The notes beneath the pieces were generated by a model. The model was not told the origin of the DNA. It saw only the letters and a program-made list of their open reading frames with translations, and searched no databases. Below are positions 33,185 to 33,803 of a stretch of 33,803 nucleotides of DNA, piece after piece. Made by a program: the position numbers and the translations under genes. Location: NCBI GenBank assembly GCA_023515725.1, contig JALDTO010000245.1, positions 1-33,803 of the forward strand, written 5' to 3'. The DNA comes from Amoeboaphelidium protococcarum X5 (lineage: Eukaryota; Fungi; Aphelidiomycota). How positions within the stretch are numbered: the first letter of the stretch is position 1; every line of letters begins with the position of its first letter.

Positions 33185-33803
33185 TCACAATAATTAAATC
33201 TATCTATCCAATTGCTGTGTTATGTTTCGGCCCATTGTCGACAGGCTTTGCGCTGTTGTCGTTCCACGGCATTGGGGCACACTTTACTCATTTTCAGGGA
33301 CCGACCGACCCTAACCGTCGCCTTTAACAGGAGAACTTTTGCTGCGCCTCTTTGTTTCTGCTCCTTGCAACATCAAAGCTCCGTTACGTCGAGTTCATGA
33401 GTATGCAGTATGACTTGAAGATAAGTTTATTGATTTAATCTTTTAAGTAGCTGACACTAACAAGTCTCGTGTATTTAGCTTCTTCTGCATGTGACTCGGA
33501 TTTCTAGGTAGGACATATATTGTTTTTAGCGCGTTGCTTCGCTCTTCTGTAACTTGCAATTTATATGTAGGACGATTATGGCTGCTGAATATTAAGTTCG
33601 GATAATCAGGTCACCGGTGCTATTAGTCTTTGGATGGGTTTAAGAGTATTTACGTGCCATTGTTGGATGTGGGGCAGAAGTCAACTCATGAATGTTAAAG
33701 TGACTCTTGTGCACATGTATAGGAGCGACATTTTGCAGTCTATGAGCCTTCACACTCTCTCTGACCGACGCTCAAGGTTCACACGCTTGACATTAAGCTG
33801 CGT

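Noticed and set aside
33150-33290. Tc1/mariner-like fragment (QRKACRQWAETQHSNW)
   Set aside because: The resemblance is short and there is no following DE/DD catalytic motif; not supportable by eye.
1-33803. tRNA, rRNA or snRNA genes
   Set aside because: No cloverleaf with A/B boxes or conserved rRNA/snRNA motif recognised by eye; a covariance-model scan would be needed to exclude them.

Overview
Gene-dense, intron-poor eukaryotic nuclear DNA with a fungal-like gene set, read with a non-standard genetic code. TAA and TAG encode Gln and TGA is the only stop (translation table 6), so the supplied ORF track shows only fragments. Fungal-type genes plus TAR=Gln point to an aphelid such as Amoeboaphelidium protococcarum (inference). 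Manual re-translation with table 6 gives 16 complete genes: ABCD3/PMP70-like transporter, PEX11, a dsRBD protein, a Zn2Cys6 TF, a Kv-like K+ channel, a membrane-anchored GH18 chitinase with two dead CE4 domains, Ten1-like, an Rgd2/Rga8-like F-BAR-DEP-RhoGAP, zeta-crystallin quinone reductase, Sec22, a bHLH-ZIP TF, TRAPPC13, HGH1, a Crinkler-like REase-kinase, an Msn2/4-like C2H2 TF and a C2/C1 RasGAP. The left edge holds one end of a Mutator-like transposon with a TIR and an OTU-protease-fused ORF. The right end holds a decayed Fanzor1-like (eukaryotic TnpB) gene. Notable patterns: all 8 inferred introns end in TGTAG, 4 of 16 genes end in TAA-TGA, and convergent stop codons lie as little as 32 bp apart. 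All domain calls are by-eye motif recognition; no database searches were run.
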